Source: an uncultured delta proteobacterium
GTDB lineage: Bacteria > Desulfobacterota > Desulfuromonadia > Geobacterales > DSM-12255
Direction of reading: 5' to 3'
Length of the DNA: 64,000 bases
Assembly (NCBI GenBank): GCA_963787125.1
Contig: CAWBBV010000007.1
Coordinates: 384,001 to 448,000, forward strand
This document shows, piece by piece, positions 1 to 9,738 of this stretch. Within the stretch, counting starts at the first letter, position 1; each line of letters opens with the position of its first letter. A program made the translations under genes and the position numbers. Under the pieces are notes generated by a model. That model saw only the letters and a program-made list of their open reading frames with translations. It made no database searches and had not been told where the DNA came from.

Positions 1-86
1 ACTGCTGAAATTCCGCATAACCAGGCACCGGCGCGGGTTTTGCTCATGGGAGGAAAGGGATTAACTGCCTGTTCTGCTGTGCTCAT
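1..86 (-). CDS. 5' end of probable TRAP transporter large permease (DctM), truncated by the window edge
   Basis: ATG at 86 overlaps the dctQ stop (ATGA). The frame reads MSTAEQAVNPFPPMSKTRAGAWLCGISA to the edge. Identity is inferred only from dctP-dctQ-dctM gene order. Confidence 0.55.
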   Translation of the reverse strand, partial: MSTAEQAVNPFPPMSKTRAGAWLCGISA

Positions 87-748
87 TTCTGTGTCCCTCC
101 TTCGGTAAGCGCGTCTCCATGTACTATCTCGCCGTGCAGTGTGCCCGGAGTGTCTTCAAGTACTTCGTCAATACCCTCCACATGGCCTTCGTTATGACGT
201 GGCAGTTCGCCTGTTTTGATAAAGCGCCAGCCTACCTGAATAAATCGGAAACACATCAGGTAGGATCCGAGCGGCACGGCCAGATAAACGACCCATGTCG
301 GCCACTCCAGGTCAGGTGTAGTCGGCCCTTGCGGCAGATCACCAACACCTATCCCGAGTAAGGTAAAGACGGCATAATGCATGCCGTTCTCCCAGACAAA
401 CATGGCGCCCAGGGTGCCGATGATGCCGGTAAAAATGGTGCCGCAGGCGATGGCCACCATCACCCCTTTTTGGCGCCATTCCACCGGGAGACGGTTGACG
501 AGCACATCCACGCCGACGTGGATGCCGGATCGAACGCCGTAGGCCGCACCGAACTTGGCCATCCAGACGAACATGTAGATGCACAACTCCTGCGCCCAAC
601 TGAAATTGAGCTGGATCAGCCAGTCCTGTACGCCGGGGATCGGCAACCCGGCGCCATAGCGGTGGATAATTGACACAAAGATAAGGAGCGTTGCCGCGCC
701 AATGAGGAAGGTGATGATCCATTCCTCCAGATGATCAAGATATTTCAT
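83..748 (-). CDS. dctQ: TRAP transporter small permease
   Basis: About 4 TM segments with DctQ-type motifs WAQEL..YMFVW and GIHVGVDVLV; lies directly downstream of dctP. Confidence 0.9.
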   Translation of the reverse strand: MKYLDHLEEWIITFLIGAATLLIFVSIIHRYGAGLPIPGVQDWLIQLNFSWAQELCIYMFVWMAKFGAAYGVRSGIHVGVDVLVNRLPVEWRQKGVMVAIACGTIFTGIIGTLGAMFVWENGMHYAVFTLLGIGVGDLPQGPTTPDLEWPTWVVYLAVPLGSYLMCFRFIQVGWRFIKTGELPRHNEGHVEGIDEVLEDTPGTLHGEIVHGDALTEGGTQK

Positions 749-831
749 CTCGTTACTCCTGGGTTTAGTCGAAAAATAAGGCCGCTGCGGCCAGCACAGC
801 GGCCCTGCTCACAATGTTCGGATGTCCGCTG

Positions 832-1824
832 TTACGGTTTATATCCGGTGGCAGCGTACACTTCCTTTACCAGGTCGGCGCCGATCCGGCTCATATGTTC
901 TTGGTGGGCCTTGTCCATGGTTTTCTTCCAGACGGCTTTTTCCTGTGCTGTCAGGGTAATAATCTGGGATCTCCCGGATTTCTTCACCGCAGCCAGGGCT
1001 TCATCGTTATCCTTCTTGGCAACATCGTTGGCAAACTTGGTGGCATCTTTCATGGCGCTTTCGAGGGCAGTGCGGATGTCAGCAGGCAGTCCGGCCCAGA
1101 ACTTCTTGTTGACGATGACCGCATAGCCCAGGTAGCCGTGGTCGGAAACGGTTACATACTTTTGTACTTCATGCATCTTCTGGGTATAGAGGTTTGACGG
1201 CGGATTCTCGGTGCCGTTGACAACGCCGGTCTGTAGCGCCTGGTAAACTTCGGAGAAAGCCATTACCTGCGGTATGGCGCCCATGGCACGCATCTGGGAG
1301 TCGAGCACCTTGGAAGACTGGATGCGCATCTTCTGCCCCTTGAAATCTTCTACGGTTTTCAGCGGTTTGTTGGCGCTCATGACTTTGAAGCCGTTGTCCC
1401 AATAAGCCAGACCATGGATTCCCTTGGCTTCCAGCTTGGCCAGCAGTTTCGCACCGATCGGACCCTGGGTGACCCTGTGCAGTTCGGTGTAGTCGTGGAA
1501 GATGAAGGGGAGGTCGAACACCTCGAAATCTTTCACCCCTAGAGGCGCAAATTTGGCCAGGGAAGGGGCCAGCATCTGCACGGCGCCCAACTGTAGCGCC
1601 TCCATCTCCTCTTTATCCTTGTAGAGACTGCTGTTCGGGTAAACCTCTATTTTGACACGGCCCTTGGTGCGTTCTTCGGCCAGTTTCTTGAAATAGTCGG
1701 CAGCCTGTCCTTTAGGGGTATTCTGGGCAACTACGTGGCTGAACTTGATGACGATTGGCGCAGCGGTTGCTGCTGAGGCAAAGGTCAGAAGTAATGCTCC
1801 GGTTAACAGGGTCTTCAGTCTCAT
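832..1824 (-). CDS. dctP: TRAP C4-dicarboxylate-binding periplasmic protein
   Basis: Signal peptide, then IKFSHVV..TPKG, YWDNGFK, KMRIQSSKVL and EVYQALQTGVVNGTENP, typical of C4-dicarboxylate DctP. Confidence 0.93.
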   Translation of the reverse strand: MRLKTLLTGALLLTFASAATAAPIVIKFSHVVAQNTPKGQAADYFKKLAEERTKGRVKIEVYPNSSLYKDKEEMEALQLGAVQMLAPSLAKFAPLGVKDFEVFDLPFIFHDYTELHRVTQGPIGAKLLAKLEAKGIHGLAYWDNGFKVMSANKPLKTVEDFKGQKMRIQSSKVLDSQMRAMGAIPQVMAFSEVYQALQTGVVNGTENPPSNLYTQKMHEVQKYVTVSDHGYLGYAVIVNKKFWAGLPADIRTALESAMKDATKFANDVAKKDNDEALAAVKKSGRSQIITLTAQEKAVWKKTMDKAHQEHMSRIGADLVKEVYAATGYKP

Positions 1825-1905
1825 GCTTAGCTCCTTTGATTTATGGATTGCTGTTGAGTTTGTTCATAGATGTGCGAGTACATCCAGGTTTATACTGACG
1901 TTATA

Positions 1906-1922
1906 CGCAATCTTGATGCCAA
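1906..1922 (-). promoter_or_regulatory. sigma54 (-24/-12) promoter of dctPQM
   Basis: Minus strand reads TTGGCATCAAGATTGCG (GG-N10-GC), about 80 bp upstream of the dctP ATG. Confidence 0.8.
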
Positions 1923-1991
1923 AAATAAATGCGAGCGTAACTTACTGTATTTGCATGATGTAACGGTATTCTCAGGACGGGAGTCAGATTG

Positions 1992-2035
1992 AAGTGGCGG
2001 TTTTCAGCCACTTGTGGGTGGCTGTTTTCAGCCAT
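1992..2035. promoter_or_regulatory. Tandem palindromic upstream activator sites (DctD-like enhancer)
   Basis: AAGTGGCGGTTTTCAGCCACTT (1992-2013) and GTGGCTGTTTTCAGCCAT (2018-2035), 24 bp apart and 70-110 bp upstream of the sigma54 promoter. Confidence 0.65.
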
Positions 2036-3272
2036 CAGTTCCCGGTGAAGGTGGGTGTGCTTCCATTGTTGACAAAATTTCTGCCGATATGAAGGCGAAC
2101 AGCAACAGTAGTGAGATCAGGACTGTTATGCCGTGCCAACCTAAATTTAGCCAGAAGAGTCCGCCGACTGTCCCTGAGATGCTGGATCCCAGGTAGTAGA
2201 AAAAAAGGTAGAGCGATGACGCCTGGGCCTTTGCCGTGGCAGCCCGCCTCCCCACCCAGCCGGAGGCAATCGTGTGGACACCGAAAAAACCGCAGGTGAA
2301 GAGGGCTACCCCGGTGACGATCCAGGGGATGCTGCTTGCCAGAGTTATGATGATGCCGAGGAACATAATGCCGATTGTCAGGCGAATCATAACGCGTCGG
2401 CCAAAGCGGAGCAGCAGCTTTCCCATCATAGAGGAGCTTAGGGAGCCGAAAAAATAGACCATGAAAATCAGGCTGATTGTTGATTGGCTGAGATTGTAGG
2501 GGAGGGCAAGGAGACGAAACGTAATGTAATTGTAGAGACTTATGAATCCCCCCATGGCAAAAAACGCAATGGAAAAGAGCAGCAGCATTCCGGGATCTTT
2601 GAGGTGATGGATCAGGGATGTCGCCAGATACGTGCCCCGGAAGGGTCTCTTGTGGAAATTGGCAGAAGCGGGCAGGGTTGCCAGAAAATAGCAGGAGATT
2701 ATCAGACTGGTGCAGCCGATAAGTGCAACGGCACTTCTCCAGGGGATGTAATCCGACAGTATCGCCGATATGAGTCTGCCGCTCATCCCCCCCACGGCGT
2801 TGCCGCTGATGTAGAGGCCGATTGCCGAACTGATGGCCGATGAGTCCATCTCGTCACCAAGATAAGCCATGGCCACGGACGGAACCCCGGCCAGGACAGC
2901 TCCCTGTGCAAACCGTACTGCCAGCAGCGACGAAAAGGAAGTGGTGAAGGCGGTCAGAATCGCCAGCAGGGAGGTGAGAAAGAGAGCCGTGGCAATCATC
3001 GGTTTGCGGCCGACAGAGTCGGAGATTGTGCCGGCCAGGAGCATTGCTACTGCAAGGGTCCCGGTGCTGACAGAGAGAGGCAGGCTCCCACTTGCCGGTG
3101 AGATGCCGAACTCCCTGGCAAAAAGGGGTAACAGCGGCTGGATATCGTACAGGGTCACAAAGGTAACAAAACCGGCCCAGAAAAGAGCGATGTTGGCCCT
3201 GCGGTAGCGGGGTGAGTCAACTGTAATTGCCGCTGTTCTCTTCAGGGCTGATGTGCTTGCGGTTGGCTTCAT
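2028..3272 (-). CDS. MFS transporter, YnfM-like
   Basis: About 12 TM. Motifs LYDIQPLLP.FA.EF, SDSVGRK, GLYISGNAVGGMSGR and KAQASSLYLFFYYLGSS are characteristic of YnfM. Start 3272 preferred; ORF track begins at 3311. Confidence 0.85.
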   Translation of the reverse strand: MKPTASTSALKRTAAITVDSPRYRRANIALFWAGFVTFVTLYDIQPLLPLFAREFGISPASGSLPLSVSTGTLAVAMLLAGTISDSVGRKPMIATALFLTSLLAILTAFTTSFSSLLAVRFAQGAVLAGVPSVAMAYLGDEMDSSAISSAIGLYISGNAVGGMSGRLISAILSDYIPWRSAVALIGCTSLIISCYFLATLPASANFHKRPFRGTYLATSLIHHLKDPGMLLLFSIAFFAMGGFISLYNYITFRLLALPYNLSQSTISLIFMVYFFGSLSSSMMGKLLLRFGRRVMIRLTIGIMFLGIIITLASSIPWIVTGVALFTCGFFGVHTIASGWVGRRAATAKAQASSLYLFFYYLGSSISGTVGGLFWLNLGWHGITVLISLLLLFAFISAEILSTMEAHPPSPGTDG

Positions 3273-3385
3273 GATTAAGAGGAAAGTACCACTGTCGGCC
3301 GGTCTGGGCAAGACGCATTCCGGTCAGTCTTCGTTCATCCAGAAGTTCAAGGCTCTTAAGAGGGTATTCATGTCAGCAGCGATGC

Positions 3386-6300
3386 CTACAGGAGGGTTTT
3401 ACGGTCACTTTCCATCATCGGCAATGAAATGGTAGCAGTAGTACCCGTGCCCGGTTCGGAGCTGAAACTGAGAGAGCCATGATGTTCTTTTATGATGTTG
3501 TCCGAGATATAGAGCCCCAGTCCCGTGCCCCCTGCCTCGCTCTTGGTGGTGTAGAACGGTTCGGTCAATTTCTCCAGAACCTCCCGTGACATCCCTTTGC
3601 CTTCGTCCCTTATGCTGATTACCAGAACGCCGCTTTCCGGGTCGGCAGAGGTCTTGACATAAACGCCGCGGCTCTTGTCCTGCAGTGACTGGAGCGCGTT
3701 GGTGAGCAGGTTGATAATTACCTGCTCAATCTGTTGGGCACTGCCGCTGGCAAGGGGGAGTCCTTCCTGCAGCTCAATGTTGAAGTTCTCGGTATGTTTG
3801 TGAACATGGTGCCAGAGGATGGAGGTCGCAGCATCAACCACCTTGTTGATATCGATGAGGCCTTTGAGAGGGGTTTTCTCCTGCTTCACAAAATCCCTCA
3901 TGTTGCTGATGATCTTGTTGATTTTTCGCGAGCTGTTGGTAATGCCGGTGAACAGTAGTGGCGCAAGCTCTTCCACCTTTGCAAAGGGGAGCCCGCCGAG
4001 TGACAGCGCTTCATTCTCATCATGAAGCTTTTTGAGAGGGATGGCGGCATCCTGCCATATTTTGGCCAGCACGGTGGCATTGCTGGCAATACACTGGTTC
4101 GGGTTGTTGATCTCATGACCGACTCCGGAAACGAGCATGCCGAGAGAGGTCATCTTGTTGGCCTGGATCATTTTGGCCTGGGTTGCTTTCATCTCCTCTT
4201 CGAGCCGGATCTTTTCAGTAATATCCCGAACGGAGCAGAGGATTGCCAGTTCATTCTTCAGGTGGATTATTTTGGCTTTCAGGGACACCATGACTTTACT
4301 GCCATCGGGTCTGAAACTGGTTGCCTTTTCGAGCATGATTCCGTTATACAGGGCCGGTTCCATGAACTTGCGGAGGTCGTTCCGCTCGATGAAATTCTCC
4401 GGGATGAGCTGGTCCAGTTCTCCGGGGCCGATGTTGTATAGCTTTAGGGCTGCCGTGTTGGCATCAATGACTTTGAACGTCTTTAGATCGATGAGGAGAA
4501 TGGCATCGTCGTTCTGGGAGAAAACCTGGCGGAACTGCTCCTCGCTCTCCCTGAGAGCGATCTCCATCCGGACACGTTCCGTGATGTCTTCAACAACGGA
4601 AATGACCCCGATCACCTTCCCTTCCCGGTCGTGCAGGGGGGTATTCGTCCAGGAACAGGTGATGATTATCCCTTCACGGGTCCTGTTTTCGTTGAAACTG
4701 TGGGCGTCCAGATTTCCTTCGAGGAGCTTGTGCCATACTCTATCCACGTCGGCAATGACATGCTCGGGTACGACCAGTTCGTTGGCGGTTCTCCCCAGGG
4801 CTTCTGTTGCACTGTAGCCGAAGATCCGCTCAGCTGCAGGGTTCCACTGCTGGACGCGGAAATCGTTTCCCCAGACGATAGCGGCGCTGGGGAGCCGCTG
4901 GAAGTAAAGCTGCAGCCGTGCTTCGCTTGTCTTCAGAGCCGCGTCTGCCTGCTGTCGTTGCTGGATGCTCACCACCATGCTGGCAAAAATCTGCAAGAGA
5001 GATAGTTCATCGGCAGACACGGCAGGATGCAGATTTGCCCAGGCGAAGCCGACAAAACCGATGCAGGTGCCGGCGTCTATGCAGGGGATGGAGAGAATGC
5101 TCCGGTTGCCATCACGTTCCATCATCGTCCGCAACATGCATGGTGGCAGCAGCTGAACATCCTGTATCCAGATCGGTTCGCCGCGGCGATGTGCTTCCAC
5201 ATTGAATTCCGGTACGTTCGCAAACGGCACGGACTGATAGTCGGCGATAGTCGGTTTCAATCCCTCCTTGTACCATTCATAGATTTCACTCCCTGTCTGC
5301 TCCTGGAAGTCATAGTCGAAAATATAGACCCGGTCAGATTCGACAAACTCTGCCATTTCACCCAAGGACCCATGAATTGCCGATATGACACTCTCCAGTG
5401 GCAGGTTTATATAAGTTGCGGCAATTTTCAGCAGCAGCTTTTGCAGACGTGATTGCTGCCACAGAGCATTTTCCGCTTTCTTTCGCTCTGTAATATCTTT
5501 GCCGAATACGGAGATTGCCAAAGGTTTGTTATTTTGCACGATCGGTTGGAAGGCGATTTCGAGAGTGCGTCCATCGGTCAAGACATATTCAATTTTGTAA
5601 GGACCTTCCTTCAATACCTTCTGGTAAAAGGGGTGCCATTTGTCGGCAAACTCCGGTGGGAGAAGGTCTTTGACGTGGGAACCGATACAGATCTCGGTGC
5701 CGTAGTTCCGGCGGAAGTGTTCGGCGATGGCGTTATTGAAGGAGAGCAGGCCGAAGTTTAGATCCACTGACCAGATGAGGTCGGTAGTGCTGTTAATGAC
5801 CGCAGCCAGACGCGATTCCATGTTTTTGAGTTCGGTGATGTCACTCCCCTCGGCGATGATATAGATTATCTTGCCAGAAGAATCTTTCATCGGTTTCAGG
5901 GAAAAATCTATGGTATGCACATTCCCGTTAAAGTCGGGATGCTGCGCCTCGTTACGAACGAACGCTCCGGTTGCGGCTGAATAAATATCCTGTTGCAACT
6001 GCCGCTGCAGGGCCGGATTATGGCTCCACCAGGGGGTGTCCCAGAAATAGCAGCCTATGACATTATCCCTGTTTTGTCCGACGAGGTCCAGGGCGGTCTG
6101 GTTGACTTCAATCAGCCTTCCGTCCGGGGACAAGAGACCCTGAAGGTGGAAAGTATTGTCTATGACCGCTTTGAGAAGTTCCTGATTCTTAAGCAGTTCC
6201 TCGTGGGCAGAAATATTTTTGTCCAGTTGCTGGCGCAGTTTCTCTTCTGTAGCGGAGAGCTCTTCATTGCTTTCCTTGAGCACTTCTTCAGTTGTGCGTC

Positions 6301-7255
6301 GTCGTTCAACTTCCAACTGGAGGGCTGCAGTCCGGACTTTGACTGCCCGTCTGAGAAGCAGAATCCAGACCATGGCAAAGCTGGCAATCAATCCGCTCCA
6401 TTTGATGACATCCAGAAGCCTGATGCCGTGCTCGATCCGCAAGGAGAGCCAATTGTTGCGTATTGTCTGGTGTTCCTCAGGGGTTATAGAGGCTAGTGCC
6501 TTGTCAATCAGGCGTGCCAGTTCGGGCCAGTCATTGCGAACTCCCATGGCCAGTCTGTCGTCTTCGTAAGGGGATGCAGGTGCGGCAACCTTGATGTTGA
6601 CCAGTCCCTTTTTGTCGATCAGATAGGTGCCGACCGCCAGATTCTGAATATATGCATCGGCCTTGCTAGTTGAGACTGCCTCCAAGGCTTCTGCAGGAGT
6701 ATTGACCTCCAGTAGCCTGACTCCGGGAATATCGCGCTGTAACCACTCCTTCATGACAAAGCCACGTTCCACTGCGATCACTCTTCCGGCAAGATCTATG
6801 ATTCCGGAGATGAAATGGCCATCCTTAACGCTAAAGATCATCTGGGGGAAGGAGAGATAATCTTTGGTGAAAACAATGGAGCTTTCTCTCTCGGCGGTGT
6901 GAGTAATGCAAAGGATTAGATCGATACCGCGTTTTTCTTTTAGTTGCGAGAGTGCTTCCGGCCAGCTAGGGCCGGTCACCGGCTGGAAGTCAATCCCCAG
7001 GCGTTTACCGACCAAGGTAAGATATTCGTAAGCCATGCCTTGGTAACGGTTGTCGCTAAAGAACTCAAAGGGGGGATAACCATCACCGATCCGAACCCGG
7101 ACGGTTCGGTGTGCGGCCAGCCAGCTCTTTTCAGCATCTGTCAGGACTATCTCCGGATCAGTTGGATGGGTTGCCGGGGAAACCTCTGCAGCGGTAAAAG
7201 AAATCAAAAAAATTGTCGCAACGAAGAGAAGTATGGGGAGTGCAAAATGTTTCAT
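3386..7255 (-). CDS. Sensor histidine kinase: periplasmic PBP (SBP_bac_3-like), TM, 4 PAS, GAF, HisKA/HATPase
   Basis: YPPFEF...GMAYEYL periplasmic domain; PAS ends such as DITELK and DITERK; H-box GVGHEINNP; N-box QVIINLLTNA; G boxes DEGKGM and GTGLGL. Confidence 0.9.
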   Translation of the reverse strand: MKHFALPILLFVATIFLISFTAAEVSPATHPTDPEIVLTDAEKSWLAAHRTVRVRIGDGYPPFEFFSDNRYQGMAYEYLTLVGKRLGIDFQPVTGPSWPEALSQLKEKRGIDLILCITHTAERESSIVFTKDYLSFPQMIFSVKDGHFISGIIDLAGRVIAVERGFVMKEWLQRDIPGVRLLEVNTPAEALEAVSTSKADAYIQNLAVGTYLIDKKGLVNIKVAAPASPYEDDRLAMGVRNDWPELARLIDKALASITPEEHQTIRNNWLSLRIEHGIRLLDVIKWSGLIASFAMVWILLLRRAVKVRTAALQLEVERRRTTEEVLKESNEELSATEEKLRQQLDKNISAHEELLKNQELLKAVIDNTFHLQGLLSPDGRLIEVNQTALDLVGQNRDNVIGCYFWDTPWWSHNPALQRQLQQDIYSAATGAFVRNEAQHPDFNGNVHTIDFSLKPMKDSSGKIIYIIAEGSDITELKNMESRLAAVINSTTDLIWSVDLNFGLLSFNNAIAEHFRRNYGTEICIGSHVKDLLPPEFADKWHPFYQKVLKEGPYKIEYVLTDGRTLEIAFQPIVQNNKPLAISVFGKDITERKKAENALWQQSRLQKLLLKIAATYINLPLESVISAIHGSLGEMAEFVESDRVYIFDYDFQEQTGSEIYEWYKEGLKPTIADYQSVPFANVPEFNVEAHRRGEPIWIQDVQLLPPCMLRTMMERDGNRSILSIPCIDAGTCIGFVGFAWANLHPAVSADELSLLQIFASMVVSIQQRQQADAALKTSEARLQLYFQRLPSAAIVWGNDFRVQQWNPAAERIFGYSATEALGRTANELVVPEHVIADVDRVWHKLLEGNLDAHSFNENRTREGIIITCSWTNTPLHDREGKVIGVISVVEDITERVRMEIALRESEEQFRQVFSQNDDAILLIDLKTFKVIDANTAALKLYNIGPGELDQLIPENFIERNDLRKFMEPALYNGIMLEKATSFRPDGSKVMVSLKAKIIHLKNELAILCSVRDITEKIRLEEEMKATQAKMIQANKMTSLGMLVSGVGHEINNPNQCIASNATVLAKIWQDAAIPLKKLHDENEALSLGGLPFAKVEELAPLLFTGITNSSRKINKIISNMRDFVKQEKTPLKGLIDINKVVDAATSILWHHVHKHTENFNIELQEGLPLASGSAQQIEQVIINLLTNALQSLQDKSRGVYVKTSADPESGVLVISIRDEGKGMSREVLEKLTEPFYTTKSEAGGTGLGLYISDNIIKEHHGSLSFSSEPGTGTTATISLPMMESDRKTLL

Positions 7256-7473
7256 GGATGATACCTGTGACGGCAACGAAAAATTTGCCTGCGCTTAAAT
7301 TTTCATTGAATATTAACAGTTATATGGATAGTTTTACATGGAAAATGATAGGACACTCAGCTACTGTTATGAATAAAGGGTTAATTCCTGTTCGGTAGTT
7401 TTTTTGTATCCATATCATTTCAGAAGTTTTGGGGCCTTTACGTAAGGGTTTGCAGGGTTGAAGGAGATTTATT

Positions 7474-8886
7474 GTGAACAGGAAACCAACTGCCGGCGGA
7501 GTATCAATCATTCTTGTTGATGATGAATCTGACATTTTACTCGGTTCAACCCTGATTCTGATGCAGGCAGGTTTTAATTCAGTTGAGACGCTTGATGACA
7601 GCCGCAATCTCCTCCCTTTTCTGGCAGACCATGATGCCAGTGTCATTGTCCTTGACCTGCAGATGCCTTTTCTTTCCGGGAAAGTGCTGCTTGAGGAGAT
7701 AACATCTTCCTACCCCCATATTCCGGTCGTCATCATGACAGCTGCCGATGAACTCGAAACTGCCATTGACTGCATGAAAAAAGGAGCTTTTGATTATATC
7801 TCCAAACCGGTGGAGCCGGAAAGATTGATCGCCACTTGCCGCAAAGCCATTGAGATGAGCACCTTGCGGCGCGAGATAGCCTCCCTGCGGGAATCACTGC
7901 TAACCGGTAAATTACGCAACCAGAAGGCATTTGATGCTATTATTACACGCAGTACCAGAATGCAGTCGTTGTTTGGTTATCTGGAGGCAGCTGCCGTCAC
8001 GGCGCAACCGGTGCTGATTACCGGTGAGACCGGGGTCGGCAAGGAGCTCATTGCCCGTGCCGTGCATACTCTCAGCGGTGCTACTGGTAATTTCGTGGCG
8101 ATTAATTCGGCAGGCCTTGATGATCTGATGTTTGCCGACACTCTTTTTGGCCACTGCAAAGGGGCTTTTACCGGAGCTGCTGATACACGGGAAGGTATGA
8201 TCTCCAGAGCTGCCGGTGGTACCCTGTTCCTTGATGAAATCGGCGATCTCAGTGTTACTTCCCAGGTGAAACTGCTCCGCCTTCTGCAGGAAGGCGAATA
8301 CTTCCCCCTGGGTTCTGACCGGGGAGTGCAGAGCCGGACCCGTTTTGTCGTTGCCACTAACCAACACCTTGAACACCTTATTGCTGAGGGATTTTTCCGC
8401 AAGGATCTCTACTTCAGGCTCTGTTCCCATCGGGTGCACATCCCTCCATTACGGGAGCGGCGGGAGGATATACCTCTCCTTCTGGAAGTGTTTCTTGAGG
8501 AAGCTTCCAAGGAGCTGCACAAAAGCAAGCCGGCGTACCGTCCCGAGCTTCTTGCCCGCTTGAGTGCCTATCACTTTCCCGGTAATGTACGTGAACTGAA
8601 AGCCATGATTTTTGATGCCCTTACTACACACAGGGGGGGTGACCTCACGCCGGCGGCATTTGACAAATTTATGGCTGACAAGACATCCTCTCATGGCCCT
8701 CTGTCAGAGTCTGCAGCCGGATACAGCGGGGACTTTGATGTTTTAGGGCGTTTCCCGACCCTTCAGGAGATGGAGCAATATCTCACTGATAAAGCGCTGC
8801 AGTTGACCAGAGGCAATCAGGGAGCGGCCGCAGTCATGCTGGGCCTTACCAGGCATGCACTGAACAAGAGACTCTGTCGCCGATAA
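7474..8886 (+). CDS. sigma54-dependent response regulator (NtrC family)
   Basis: Receiver (VDD, DLQMP, KP), Walker A GETGVGKE, GAFTGA, FLDEIG, FPGNVREL and a C-terminal Fis-type HTH; divergent from the kinase. Confidence 0.93.
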   Translation: MNRKPTAGGVSIILVDDESDILLGSTLILMQAGFNSVETLDDSRNLLPFLADHDASVIVLDLQMPFLSGKVLLEEITSSYPHIPVVIMTAADELETAIDCMKKGAFDYISKPVEPERLIATCRKAIEMSTLRREIASLRESLLTGKLRNQKAFDAIITRSTRMQSLFGYLEAAAVTAQPVLITGETGVGKELIARAVHTLSGATGNFVAINSAGLDDLMFADTLFGHCKGAFTGAADTREGMISRAAGGTLFLDEIGDLSVTSQVKLLRLLQEGEYFPLGSDRGVQSRTRFVVATNQHLEHLIAEGFFRKDLYFRLCSHRVHIPPLRERREDIPLLLEVFLEEASKELHKSKPAYRPELLARLSAYHFPGNVRELKAMIFDALTTHRGGDLTPAAFDKFMADKTSSHGPLSESAAGYSGDFDVLGRFPTLQEMEQYLTDKALQLTRGNQGAAAVMLGLTRHALNKRLCRR

Positions 8887-9151
8887 TTTCTCCGCAATAT
8901 CTTCTCACCAGTAAAAATCTCGTCAGGTTTATTCTCTTCTCTATGACCGAGCAATTTCTCCCCGGCGACGCTGCGACAATTGTCTCAGCTGTCGATTTCG
9001 ACGCATAAACAAAAAACCACTGATCAAACAGCTATATATATTACTTAGATCAGATTGACCTGCTATTGGCAGCGACAATTGGCTCAACTCCCTCCTGTGG
9101 TGCCACACCTTTAACTTACCGATATTAGTGATAAATGTGACGTGGCAGCTG

Positions 9152-9168
9152 TTGGCATAGCCTGTGCT
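9152..9168 (+). promoter_or_regulatory. sigma54 promoter of the chemosensory cluster
   Basis: TTGGCATAGCCTGTGCT (GG-N10-GC), about 55 bp upstream of ATG 9223. Confidence 0.7.
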
Positions 9169-9222
9169 CTAATGAATTACAGATTCACTATCAAGTGGCC
9201 TGTTTTTTCAGGTGGGGAATTT

Positions 9223-9630
9223 ATGCATCAGAAGAATGCTGGCATCGTTATGGTCGTGGATGATGATCCCTCTGTTCTGCAGAGTGTCAGCGCACTACTC
9301 TCTTCCCAGGGTTTTAATACTCATTCTTTCAGTGACGGTTACAGCGCGTTCAATGCCTATAACGATGTCTGTCCCGAAGTCGTGGTGTCTGATGTGAGCA
9401 TGCCGGGAATGAGCGGCCTGAAATTCTTCGAGAAAATTCGCAGCATCGATACCACGACCCCGGTGATTCTGCTGACCGGAGTTGTAGATCTCGAAATAGC
9501 CCTGGCAGCAAAAGAATTGAAAGTATTCGGCTTTCTATCCAAACCGGTTGAATCCGGGGTTATTGTCGAGGCAGTCACTCAGGGAGTCAATCTAAAGCGC
9601 ACCATTAGGTTTCGTGAAAAGCCCGAATAG
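9223..9630 (+). CDS. Single-domain response regulator
   Basis: VVDDD...SDVSMPGMSG...LLTG...SKP. ATG 9223 follows a GGTGGGGA RBS-like run; the longer 9142 start would overlap the promoter. Confidence 0.85.
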   Translation: MHQKNAGIVMVVDDDPSVLQSVSALLSSQGFNTHSFSDGYSAFNAYNDVCPEVVVSDVSMPGMSGLKFFEKIRSIDTTTPVILLTGVVDLEIALAAKELKVFGFLSKPVESGVIVEAVTQGVNLKRTIRFREKPE

Positions 9631-9738
9631 ATCATCTGCGCTGCTGCTACAGCTTCAAGGTGGAGCATGTAGGCACGAATTCATAACCTGCACATTGAGA
9701 TTGATAGAACCGGTAAAGAAAATTTTAAAGGAGAGATT

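Noticed and set aside
3324..3371. 15-aa minus-strand ORF MNTLLRALNFWMNED between the kinase and the MFS
   Set aside because: No clear RBS or homology; too short to support.
9142..9222. Extended N-terminus of the receiver protein (GTG 9142)
   Set aside because: Overlaps the sigma54 promoter; ATG 9223 has the RBS and starts the receiver fold.
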